Assembly (NCBI GenBank): GCA_030704615.1
Contig: CM060734.1
Coordinates: 20,956,001-21,020,000 of the forward strand
Length of the DNA: 64,000 bases
Origin: Takakia lepidozioides
Taxonomy: Eukaryota; Plantae; Bryophyta
Direction: 5' to 3'
Positions 40,501 to 51,600 of the stretch are shown in pieces. Under the pieces are notes generated by a model. The model searched no databases. It saw only the letters and a list, made by a program, of their open reading frames with translations, and had not been told where the DNA came from. Positions within the stretch are counted from its first letter, which is position 1. Each line of letters starts with the position of its first letter. The translations under genes were made by a program, and so were the position numbers.

Positions 40501-43100
40501 TGTTTTTGCCTCTTGCGAGGAATCTGGAGGCTTGATAAGCTCTGTTATGAGAAATCCAAAGTGAATGTCGTTGACGACATTCACTGCTGTGTCTGTATTA
40601 TTCAACAGCGACAAATTGAATTTACATGGATTGGGAGCTAAGTAATTGGTTTCTTTTTGGTATTTTTGTGAATGGCGTCGACGCCATTCACATACAGTGA
40701 TGTTGTGAGGTCCTCAGTGATATGTTCGTTATGAATGTGCATTGAGTTTTCCTGGAGGGTTCCTTACTCGATTTTTTGATTTCCATCCTGTGATTTTGCT
40801 TCATTTAAGTAATAATTAGGCTTCATTAGTGAATGTCGTTGACGACATTCACTTCTATGTCTGTGTCATTCCTAAACGATAATTTGCATTCACCTGGATT
40901 AGGGTGTATTTACAGTATCATTGAATGGAATGTTTTGAATGGCGTTGACGACATTCATATCTGGAGCAGTAGTGTGGTCCTGAAAGGTCCTTGGAGCAGT
41001 CTCAGAGCCATTTCAATCTATGTTTTTTTCATTCTGTTCTACTTGCATCTTACTCACTGAGCGCTTTTGTGGGTTGGGATTTATCTCCTTTTTTCAGGTA
41101 CACGAAATATGTGCTTATGGAAGGAAATCACCTGAGCGGAATTCCCGACTATCTTGACATGTGGTCGGACCCTGCAAACGATCCAACCATGTATACTGCA
41201 GGGATATTGAAGGACTGGAGTCCTTCTCACTTCAGAGACTGTGGGTGGTACCTTGACTGCCCACCTGAGCACACGACCTTTCAAGAACAGCATATGAAAT
41301 ACTTGAACAATAACGCTGAGATGCTGGCGCCTTTGACTGACGAAGAGTATCAACGAAACATAGCAACATTGGCTGCCAAGGAGCCTGATGCTCAGGGAAC
41401 GCCGCAGAAGGAAAAGAAGGCGGGCCGCAAACCAAAAGACAAGGCTGTTGATGTCATAGCCATCTCACCAGCAAAGCCAAAGGACAAAGACAAGTCCAAA
41501 GAGAAGGAAAAGGACAAGGGAAGGAGAATGAAAAGGAGATGGAGAGTGGGCAGGACTTTACTGCTGGAAGATATACCCGCACTCTTCGGTGCGTGTTCGA
41601 TGCCAAGCCACACGCTTCCCGTTCTGATTCAGCAGGAGAGATGAAAATTGTTAATGAGGGTTGGCTTTCGATGATGCAGAGTCGAAAGAGAGGATACACT
41701 GGGGTGCCATCCCCTACCTGGGACAATATAATCTCATTCCTCAATCTGGTGAGAATTCCAGTTTCTTTCCTTTTTCTCTGAAAGTTTCGTTGGCAGTATT
41801 TCAGTCTCGTTCTTTGAAAACAATCTTGCCATCGTTCTTATAAAAAACATGTCTGTTGCAGGTGAGCACAGGTCCCACCTTCGTGTGCGGTGTGCAGAAA
41901 ACTTATGCGGCCGACATTGTCATTCTTGACATCCCGGATGGCCAGGCTGTGCCAGAAGTTCTTCCAAAGGGCAAGACGCCAGGCTGGAACAAATTCGAGG
42001 ACAACTACTGGAGTTGGGTGTTCGGGTTCTGTAACAACTTCCTCTCTGATGCAGAGACACTTCTGCTTTTTCAGTCATGTGACAATGATAGTCGTCGGGC
42101 ATTGGCATCATACCTCAAGTCTTCAGGGTTTGAAGTTTTGCGCACATGGAATTGTGTGAACAGCCTCTACCTTGTGAAAGGGGGTTTCCTTGGTCAGCTG
42201 GTATGCCGTCTCCCTTCTGCTTGTGCTTTGATCATGAGTTTCAATTTTCTCTGCAGCTCCACTCTAGTAGAATGTGTTATGATCGACACCGATCATCACC
42301 GATTCATGATTTTTTTGTGTCTGAGTTCTGAATAGCCGATGTACACACTTCCACTATAGATTGTGTTTACCACACTAACCTGCTATCTTTGGCAGACGAG
42401 GATGTTCGAGGCGATCTGCCTGCGGAGGATTCGTACCTCAAAGACACCATCCTCCATCCGCAGCTTTGAGATTTCTGACCAGGGTTGTTTCGTCAACCCC
42501 CCCTATGAGCCCCATGTCGATGACATTTTGTACAACTTCATGCAGTCCAGTCAGACTCTGAAGAGACCAGATGGCACTCCCTGGAGAGGTGCAAAGGAAA
42601 AGTCCCCAGCGTTCATGCAAATACTGCTGGAGTCATGCAGCCACCGCTCTGCACGAGTGGTCGATCTTTCTGTGTCCACAGGTTCGTTTTTTCCCTTCCG
42701 AATTGGTTTTCTTTCAACAGTTTCATCTGCTTAAATCCCCCCCTCCAAACTGTTCATGTTCTCCTGTCTGGTGCAGGAGCAACTTACCATGCATGCAAGG
42801 CAGGCGGAAGAAGCCTTTTTGGCATGGAGGGTGATTCTGACCTCTACAACACAGTGCTCCTCCCCCTTTTGTCTGGCTCCACTTCAGGCACACAGACTGA
42901 TCGGATTCAAATTCGAAATGATGACGATCCCGAAGATAAGCAGGTCGACAACGACTTTTCATGTGAGTAAGTGCTAAACCCTCTTTGGGAGTCATACTCA
43001 ATTTCTCGATAACATCAAAGTTACAGTAATAACTTTTTCAGGCTGTCTTTCAGGAAAGGCAGCGGTGGATCTTCAGGAGATACAGTCATTTCTGGCGAGT
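37530..43100 (+). pseudogene. Multi-exon cargo gene: ParB/Srx-like domain plus beta-class N4C/N6A DNA methyltransferase-like domain (some frameshifts and stops)
   Basis: LWDGNHRLLAW (~38870-38905). ADIVILDIPD (motif IV position, DIPD at 41928-41939). Spliced WRGAKEKSPAFMQILLESCSHRSARVVDLSVSTG|ATYHACKAGGRSLFGME follows the beta-MTase pattern HPT.KP..L...LI...S..GD.VLDPF.GSGTT..A....GR...G.E. C-terminal exons: 41862-42200, 42396-42681, 42777-~42962. Confidence 0.75.
38054..40957. repeat. Ten copies of the 22-bp palindrome TGAATGKCG-TYRA-CGMCATTCA in cargo-gene introns
   Basis: Copies at 38054, 38148, 38223 and 38349 (degenerate) and at 40235, 40356, 40562, 40669, 40830 and 40936. The last six sit in three ~270-325-bp tandem units. 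40668-40691 is a perfect 24-bp palindrome. Confidence 0.9.
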
Positions 43101-43429
43101 CTATTTTCGACAGCCCCCTTTCCAATTTTCTGCTCCCTGTTTATGCCGAAGCAATGGCACTTCACGCGGCCGAGTCCCTATCCCCTGACTTTTTAGTGGC
43201 CAGCCGTAGGTGTATCCAGCGTGGATCCGGTGTTCTAAAATACTTAGACTTAGATGCAGAGGAAGCGGGGATACATTGTACTGACTCTGAGTCAGACTGA
43301 ACTGTATTCTTTTAATATTCATTTTCATATTATCTGGAAAACGTTGAATCCCCTTCCTCCACCGTAGTTGTTCCTTTAGAACAAATAATAATCACAAAAT
43401 CAACTTTCATTTAAATTGCAATATGTATG

Positions 43430-43790
43430 AATCCATCTCACAAACCTCCCTGACTCTTCTCATATCCATTGTGCATTCATCTACACTGTATTCATGCGTG
43501 CTCCATTCATGAATTTTTTCCTTTGTACAACATCCATTGTACATTCATCCTCTGTACTCTTTAATCCACCCCACAAACCTTCCACACTCATTTCATATAC
43601 GTTGTGCATTCGTCAAAAGATTTGGTCATGCATCTTCCTGTCATGAATTTTTGTCATTGCTCAACATCCATTATACATTCATCCATTTTACTCTTATCCA
43701 TCCCTCATTCATCCATCTACATTCATTTTTCACACTCATCCATCTGTTTATCATCCAACTGTACATTCATCCATCCTTTATTCAATGCCT
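43430..43790. repeat. Low-complexity (ATCC/ATTCAT)-rich tract in the right arm of the MULE
   Basis: Recurrent ATTCATCCATC-like words. Confidence 0.55.
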
Positions 43791-43985
43791 TTTATTATGT
43801 CGTCCAGCTTGTTTCCGCGGTAAAGGGTGCCAATCCGCGGGAATACACTCCACTTCTTTCTGGGCGCGTGGTGACGCGGCCTTCACGTGTGATGACGTGG
43901 AGTGAGCCCCGTGACGTGGCGTGAGCGCAGTTGCGTGAGCGCGCTCACGTGCTCACGTGACCAGGCTCACGCCGAGGCATCCCTG

Positions 43986-46900
43986 CCATCTACCCATGCA
44001 GGTTTCTGGTAGCTATTGATCCACAGGGAATCACAGGTAATGTGGAGCTTGAAATCTGGCCCTCTTAGATGAATCTGGACCCACACTCTATTCCTGCTCC
44101 TTCAGCTATCCATGCCTCTGCACAAATCATGCATTCACCCTTTCCGTGTTGCTAGCAATTGACAATGAAAGCCTAGAATTGTTCTAGGAAACACCCGACT
44201 CAACTTTTCACACTAGTTCCTATGCTCAATTGCATTTGCTACTCTCTATAATCCAACAGGCATTTACCTTTTGCCTCGATTGTCCCACCATTGACTGGGG
44301 TCAGAAAAGTATTCATTCCACAACTCCTGGTCTCCTTGTCTCTGTTACCTGTTTCTGGATACTTTCCTGTTGTCACATTGGCAATATCAGTCAGTCACTC
44401 CAAACTATCAAAGGTTCACTCAACCAACTAACTTGCAGAATTCAACATGAAAATTCAGGGCCGATTCTGATAAGAGGGAAAAACAGGGTGAAATGTGTTG
44501 AAGAAGGTGCCTTCATTAGCAGTACCTGAATTTATCAATTGTGTTGCTGCTGCTGCAACTTCCAGTTGACCATCTACCCATGCAGGTTGCTAGTAGCTAT
44601 TGATTCACAGGGAATCATAAGTAATCTTGTGCCTAAAATCTGGCCACACTCTATCCCTTTGCTGCTTTTTCCCCACACATATGCAGCCATCACAGCCTCC
44701 AAACTATCGGTGGTACCCTTTGCCCATCATTTGCTCATAGATCCAAAGCCTCCATCCCATGACCCTGCTGGGCATATCCTGCGATCATCACGTTCCATGA
44801 TACCACATCTTGTGCAGCCATCTTATCAAACAGTGCCTTTGCATCCTCGATGGACCCACATTTGGCATAAAAGTCCACGAGGGTATTGTTCATAATCACA
44901 TCTAGTACAATTCCAGCTTTGGCGATGTCACCATGCACCTCTTTGCCCTTTTCCAGGGCTGCTAGGCTTGCACAAGCATTGCGAACGTACACAAAACATG
45001 ATGTGGTTGCACTTCACCCCTTTCCCCATCAATTGCTCATATGTCTCCAAGGTCTCCATCTCACGCCCCTGCTGTGCATACCCTGCAAGCATCGTGTTCC
45101 ACGACACCACATCTCGTTCAGCCATAGTATTGAACAATCCCTTCGCATCCTCAATGCTCCACATTTGGCATATATGTCCACCAGGGCAGAGTTCAGAATG
45201 ACATTGGGTACAATCCCAGCTTTGACAATGTCACCATGGACCTCTTTGCCCTTTTCCAGGGCTGCCAGGCTTGCAAACGCACACAAGTGTGACGTGGTTG
45301 GGCTTCACCCCTTCGCAGATCATTTGCTCATAGGTCTCCAAAGCCTCCATCCCGCGCCCTTGCTGTGCATATCCTGCAATCATCGCACTCCACAACACCA
45401 CATCTCGTTCAGCCATATTGTCAAACACTCCCTTTGCATGCTCGATGCTCCCACATTTGGCATGCATGTCCACTAGGGTATTGTTCAGGATCACATCTGG
45501 TACGATTCTAGCTCTGACAATGTCGCCATGCACCTCTTTGTCCTTTTGCAGGGCTGTCAGGCTCGCACACGCACTGCAAACGCACACAAACGTGATGTGG
45601 TTGGGCTTCACCCCTTCCCCCATCATTTGCTCATAGGTCTCCAAAGCCTCCATCCCGCGCCCCTACTGTGCATATCCTGGGAGCATCGCACTCCACGACA
45701 CCACATTTCGTTCAGCCATATTGTCGAACACCCCTTTGCATCCTCGATGCACCCACATTTGGCATACATGTCCACCAGGGCAGTATTTAGGATGACATCT
45801 GGTAGGATTCCAGCTCTCACAATGTCGCCATGCACCTCTTTGCCCTTTTCCAGGGCTGCCAGGCTTGCACACGCACTGCAAACGCTCACAAACGTGATGT
45901 GGTTGGGCTTCACCGCTTCCCCCATCATTTGCTCATAGGTCTCCAAAGCATTCCTACCACGCCCATGCTTGGTAAATCCTGCCAACATTATATTCCACGT
46001 GATCAAAGATCGTTGAGGCATTTTGTTGAACACTTGGTGAGCATCCATGATGCTCCCGCACTTAACATACATGTTGACAAGGGTGTTGAGGAGAAAAACA
46101 TTTGGCGTGAATCCACTTTGGATAATGTGAGTGTGCACCTGCTTTCCAACTTCCAGGCCTTTCACCTTGATGCACTTGCAAGAGACAGACATGCGTTTCT
46201 GAATCTGCTGAAATGCCTCCTTGGTTTAAAGTCTGTAGAGCCTCTTTCAGTCTGCGTGCCTCACAAGGCATCTTCACATGCCCAGAAGTGCCAGAAGAGG
46301 CATTGTGGACTCCCTCTCTTGATCCTCTTCCAGAAGCCGTGGTCTTGGTTGAGGTGCCTGATTTTATCAACTGTGACGTTGCACCTGCTGCCTTTAGTTG
46401 ACCATCTACCCATGCAGGTTTCTTGTAGCTATTGATCCTAGCTAGTGCCTTGTTCTATCAATGTGCTGCTGCCGCTGCTGTTTCCAGTTGACCATCTACC
46501 CACTTGTAGCCGTTGTGCTATTGAAGAAGGTGCCCCCTTTCCTCCATTTTCCAGAGGTCCCAGGCTTGCACACGCTTTTGCAAACACAAACACCCACGCA
46601 TGGTAAATCCTTCCAGCATTGTATTCCATGAGATCAAAGATCGTTGAGGCATTCTGTTGAAAACTTGGTGAGCATTCATGATGCTCCCGCACTTAACATA
46701 CAGGTTGACAAGGGTGTTGAGGAGAAAAATAGTTGGCGTGAGTCCACTTTGGATCATAATGTGAGTGTGCACCTGCTTTCCAGCTTCCAGACCTTTCCTC
46801 TTGATGCACTTAAGCAAGAGACAGACATACTTATCTAAATCTGCTGAAATTCCTCATTGATTTAAAGTCTGTAGAGCCTCATTCAGTCTGCCTACCTCAC

Positions 46901-47400
46901 AAAGCATCTTGACATGCCCAGAAGTGCCAGAACAGGCATTGTGGACTCCCTCTCTTGATCCTCTTCCAGAAGCTGTGGTCATGGTTGAGGTGCCTGATTT
47001 GATCATTTGTGTCGCTGCTGCCGCGGCTTCCAATTGACCATCTACCCATGCAGGTTTCTTGTAGCTATCCTTCCACAGGGAATCATAGGTGATCTGGAGC
47101 TTGAAATCCGGCCCGCTTCGATGAATCTCAACCCACAATCTATCCCTGCTCCTTCATTCCAGAGCTTCTCCTAGTTTATGTTATCTGTTTTCAATACTTT
47201 CCTGTTGCCACATAGGCAGTAACATGTCAAAATCACTTCAAAACCCCCGGTACCATAGATCCACCAAGAGCTAACTTGCAGAATTCAACATGAAAATTAG
47301 GGACAACTCTGATAACAGGGAAAACAGGCTGAAATGTATTGAAGAGGGTGCCTCCATTACCGCTGCCTGGTTCTATCAACCGAGTCTGATGGGAGGGCAA
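43986..47400 (-). pseudogene. Degenerate tandem locus of PLS-class PPR arrays (44735-46300, 46560-46920) interleaved with OSB-type PDF motifs
   Basis: Repeated ACASLAALEKGKEVH..NTALVDMYAKCG.IEDA..VFD.MAERDVVSW..GYAQQGRG.EAL triplets. PDF motif pieces GPDFKLQITYDSLWKDSYKKPAWVDGQL, WPDFRHKITYDSL and LWNEYFSDPSQWWDNRGKR. Frameshifts and stops throughout; no E or DYW domain recognised. Confidence 0.85.
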
Positions 47401-48689
47401 AACAGGCTGAAATAGGTCAAAGAAGAAGGTGCCCTCACCACATTGTCCTCGACCTTGTGTCATGACCCATGGAGGATTTGACTGACCATGAACCTAAGAG
47501 AACCTCTTGTGTGTGCTGCTTGTGTCTGTAGTCAGGTAATGTCTGATTGGTCTGTGAGAACCACCACGGTGCAGCTGAGCGGGCAGAAATTGAAGCACGG
47601 CCTGCTAAGACCAAGCTGACTCTTCCAAGAACCTTGTAAACATCAGGAAGGATACCAAAGCACGGTACTAACAGGAGCCAAGAGCCCACATTTGCAAGAT
47701 GGACAAACGATTGCGGTTGTCCCACCATCGTGAAGGATCTTTAAAAACTCATGCCAGCTCTGCTTCGTGCTGCAAATTCAGGGCTGAGTCTAATGAGAGC
47801 GCAAAACAGGCTGAAATAGGTCGAAGAAGAAGGTGCCCTCACCACATTGTCCTCGACCTAAGACCAAGCTGACTCTCCCCAGAACGGCGAGCTCTCAGCC
47901 GAAACCTAGTCCTCGCACACATACCCTAGCGTTTGTCGGGTTGCTTGCTTTTCAGATGCGAAGGTTGCTCCAACTGTGGGCCTCCCATGCATGTTTGCCC
48001 TCCCTCCCGCTCGCTACTCTAAGTCCCAGCCCTCTCTCTCTCCCTCCCGCTCGCTCGCTCTAAGTCCCAACCCTCTGTTCACAGCTACCGGGATGGGCAT
48101 CTTTTTAAAATTAACCTTTTGCAAACCTTACAAGCAACTTTTGCAAAAAAAATTAAACCTTTTGCACTTTGATCTTTAAACCTTTTGCACACTGCAACAA
48201 GTTTTAAAGGTACCATGTACTAGCTCTACCTTGTTTTCATTTTACAATGTTGAATGATTCATATTTATGTCCCTGCACTGATATGGCCACACTTAATTTG
48301 ACTCCCTTCAATCATAATATGAGGACTGTTAAGCTTGCATTGCATTCGGTTTACATTGCAAAGTGCGACGACCACCTCTTCGTCTTTCCGAGGGCAGATT
48401 TCTGAAGTTCATGATTTATTCCATTTGCAGCGGAATATTAACTAAACCCATACACCACAATCAGTGGAAATAATTGCATGGTCCCATTTCACATAGGTGT
48501 GTAACATGCCATGTAAACTAAGCCAACCCCTGCCATGCTCATGGCTGTTTTCACACCGTTCTTGTCTGGGGTGTGGACCACATGTGAGACACCCCACAGT
48601 TAGGGCATATTTAGACCCACACCTTGGCTCAGTCTACAGACCCGTGATAAAAGCCGTGGAATGTGTCAGGTGTGAGATGACATACCCGT

Positions 48690-51600
48690 GGAAAAAGCCA
48701 GTTTATGTTCTAGTGGATGGAGGTGTGAGGGAAGCGGTCGTGGCAATACGTAAATTCGATGAAGTGTATGATTAGTGATGGGGTAGGAGTAGAGGGTGGA
48801 GGGGCGTTGCTGGGAAGTCCCTGAACTAAGAGAATATATGGGCAGAGCCTAGCGGGACATGTGCATGTAGCATGGGGTTGGCACATACAGGGTAGTAGCC
48901 AGGATGGTACTGTATGGTCTGGGGAGACATCTTGGTAAGTGCCAGCATTGATGAGTGAGAACCATTTGGTTTTTTTATGTCGTTGTAATAGTTTGTGGAT
49001 GTGCTATATAGCTTGATTGTGCCTGGCGATACGAAGGCCATGCAAGACTGGGTGGGGGCATTTACTGAGGATATGTGGCCAAGTGTCAGGTACTGCATGT
49101 ATATGGGAGCAGAAGGGGCAGTGGGGGGATGTAAAAATGGTTGGCCAAAAGGTATGCTTACGCTGGTGCCCCATATACTGGGCGAATCTAAACTTAAGTG
49201 TTTGTTTGATTTGTGCGTCGAAAGCGGCCTTAGTGTGCCAAAAGTGGTTGGACAGTTTAAGATTGAGTAGTGTGGAGTGTGTCCATTTTTGGATATGTTG
49301 TTTGGTGTGACTGAGTGATGTAGCGGCTTGTTTGTTGGCTTCTTTAGAGAGAGTAGAGCGGAGGTTACGGATAGGTTTAGGTTGGGGGGGGCTTGGAATT
49401 GGATGTATTAGCCAGAAAGGGTGCATATATGCAGTGTGGATGGGGTCTGTGGGAGGTTCTACTGGGGGTTTGGAGGCCCCTAGTTGGGCAAGGAGGTCAG
49501 CCTCCTTGTTCCCGTTGATGCCGGTATGTGAGCGTACTTTAAGAAATTGAATGGGTTGGTTTATTGAGATGACTAAAGTGATGATTGCTGAGATAAGATT
49601 ACAATCTGGGTGGTGATGGTGGGAGGATGGGCTGGCTATGTGGTTTTGCAGGAGAAAGAGCGAAGTTAAGTTGTCTATAGAAATGTAGTATGGTGAGGGG
49701 AATGCGTGTAGCTGGGAGAGGGCTTCGTAGATGGCCATAAGTTCGGCACGTAATATGGTTGCGGGGCCCGGAAGTCGGTGGACTGTACCAGTGTTAGTGG
49801 CCGCGTGGTAGACTCCATATCCGGCGCAGGAGCCAGCTTGGGAGCCATCTGTGTAGTGTGCATGTGCTAAGGGGTATTTCAAAGAGGTAGGGCCTAGATG
49901 AATTGGAGGGGCTCCAACATGGGTGATATTGAGTGACGGGATGGGGCGGGGAGGGGTCGGAATCCATGTTTTGTTTGTTTTTGGTCTGTAGGAGGATCGA
50001 GATGGGGCGTGTAAAGGTGGCGTTGGAAAGGATGTGATAGCCATGCTGTGAGTAACAGTTGAAGGTGGGTAGAGAAGTCTATAGGTGGGGCAGGTTAGTG
50101 GGCTGGAGTAATATGAGTGAGTCAACTGAAATGAGGCGATGAGGAGTTTGAGAATATCTGGGGGGAGGGTAGTATGGGAGTAGGCTTGCGCCAGTTTGTT
50201 GAGATTACGGGGCTTCTTAGTGGGGGTATCTCCAAGGTATCGGTTTAGAAGCCAGCTGACCTCTGAGGCAAAGTCTTGTTTTGGAGGCTGTAGCTGGCTA
50301 TACTGTGTGTCAGAGGTGGAATATTTATACCAAAGCCATGCAAGCCGGGCATTAAGAATGGATCCGGCAAAATTACCGTTGATTGTGGAAATGTTGGATT
50401 TGTGAGGGGCTGGGGCATATTAATGGGTGGCCAGGCATAATATCTTTGTCTGGGTTGCATTCGGTGATGTGTATTTGTATATTAGGAGTGGCTAGTGGTT
50501 GGCTGATGTAGCGGGTGTCAGTGGGTTGGGTTTGCGAGACATGATGTTGGTGGGTGTGCCTTAGATAGGTGGTGTGTGTGGTTTTGTGGAATCTGATGAG
50601 GAGAGTGTGGTTATAAGCCGGGTCGCAGTCGTCATGTGATCCAAAGAGGTCGTCTTCAATTTGCCATCTGTTATCTTCTGCTGGGAATCCCTCCCATTTA
50701 CACAGATAGTATGTATCAACACATATCGCTCCAAAGGCGTCAAGTGATGTTTGGGTTTTGATGTCAATGATAGCTTCAACGACGAAGGCCTCGGGGTGGT
50801 CTGGGTCTGGTAGGTGGGGGTACGGTGGTGGAGTGGGTGACAATTGGGGTATAGGGGGTGATTGTTGATGTGTGTTAGGTGATTTTGGTGACATACAGGG
50901 AGATGCGGTGAGGGGGAGGGAGGGAGGGAGGGGGGGAGGGCTGGGTAGAGGGGAGGGGGCGGAGGGGTATAGACTGGGGGGTTTTGAGATGCTTTAAGTA
51001 GTATTGATGGGGCTGGTACTGTTCTGAATTCTGGGAGGAGGTCTTGGATATTGTGCGGATAGAGCTTGCATGGCATATCACATTGTAAGGTGCAGGAGGC
51101 AGATGGGTGGCAAAAGAGGAGACGCAGATAGAGTAGGAAGCGGCGTGTCTTAATCGTGGCCCGTGAGTGTATTAAGGTGAATTGACTTGAGGTTAGGAGC
51201 CGGTGTCCATCCGCAGTGGTGAGTTGGGCAAGGTTAGTGATATGTCGTGCTTTGAAGTAGGCGAGGATGTGTTTTTTCTGTTTAGGATGTGAATTTTCAA
51301 ATTGTGAAGAAGAGGGGCTATTGTTCCAAGCGCGTTGGTGATATGGAGGTGGGATAGCCAGGCTGATCAGTTTGGATGCTTATTTTCATTTGGTGCAAGA
51401 GAAAGAGGGTGCGGGCGGTGGGTGAGTGGAGGCAAGATTGCGGGTGAAGGGTGGGGAGGGAGTATAGCCCGTTGTATTTGAAGGCAAAGTGCTTGAGTAG
51501 ACCTTGGAAAATGAACCCTAGACGACCCGGGTTGTTGAGGGCTTCTAGGAGTTGTGTACCAAGTGTGCGGGCATATGAGATTATAAGGGGAGTAGATCCT

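Larger units (their letters stand above)
32548..43985. mobile_element. Mutator-like (MULE) DNA transposon, 11438 bp, with transposase and ParB/methyltransferase-like cargo gene
   Basis: 9-bp TSD CCATCTACC (32539-32547 and 43986-43994). Empty-site paralogues TTGACCATCTACCCATGCAGG lie at ~44566, ~46398 and ~47034. Imperfect TIRs CAACGACGCAATGGCGTGAGC versus (reverse complement) CAGGGATGCCTCGGCGTGAGC. Subterminal GCGTGAGC/TGACGTGGC repeats at both ends. Confidence 0.9.

Noticed and set aside
40235-40957. CRISPR or attC-like cassette array
   Set aside because: The spacers are paralogous parts of three tandem units rather than unique sequences, and they lie within a GT-AG intron.
37530-43100. Bacterial or phage contamination explaining the ParB-MTase gene
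   Set aside because: The gene has spliceosomal introns conserved between two copies and sits inside a TSD-flanked element inserted in a plant PPR locus.
32548-43985. hAT classification from the CAGGGATG terminus
   Set aside because: TIR alignment gives a 9-bp TSD rather than 8 bp, and the transposase has MULE-type CxxH and SWIM features.
43986-44735. E/DYW editing domain after the PPR array
   Set aside because: No PG box, HSE or CxDCH motif found; the sequence instead translates to PDF motifs.
44886-46435. Long plus-strand ORFs
   Set aside because: Antisense shadows of the minus-strand PPR repeats.
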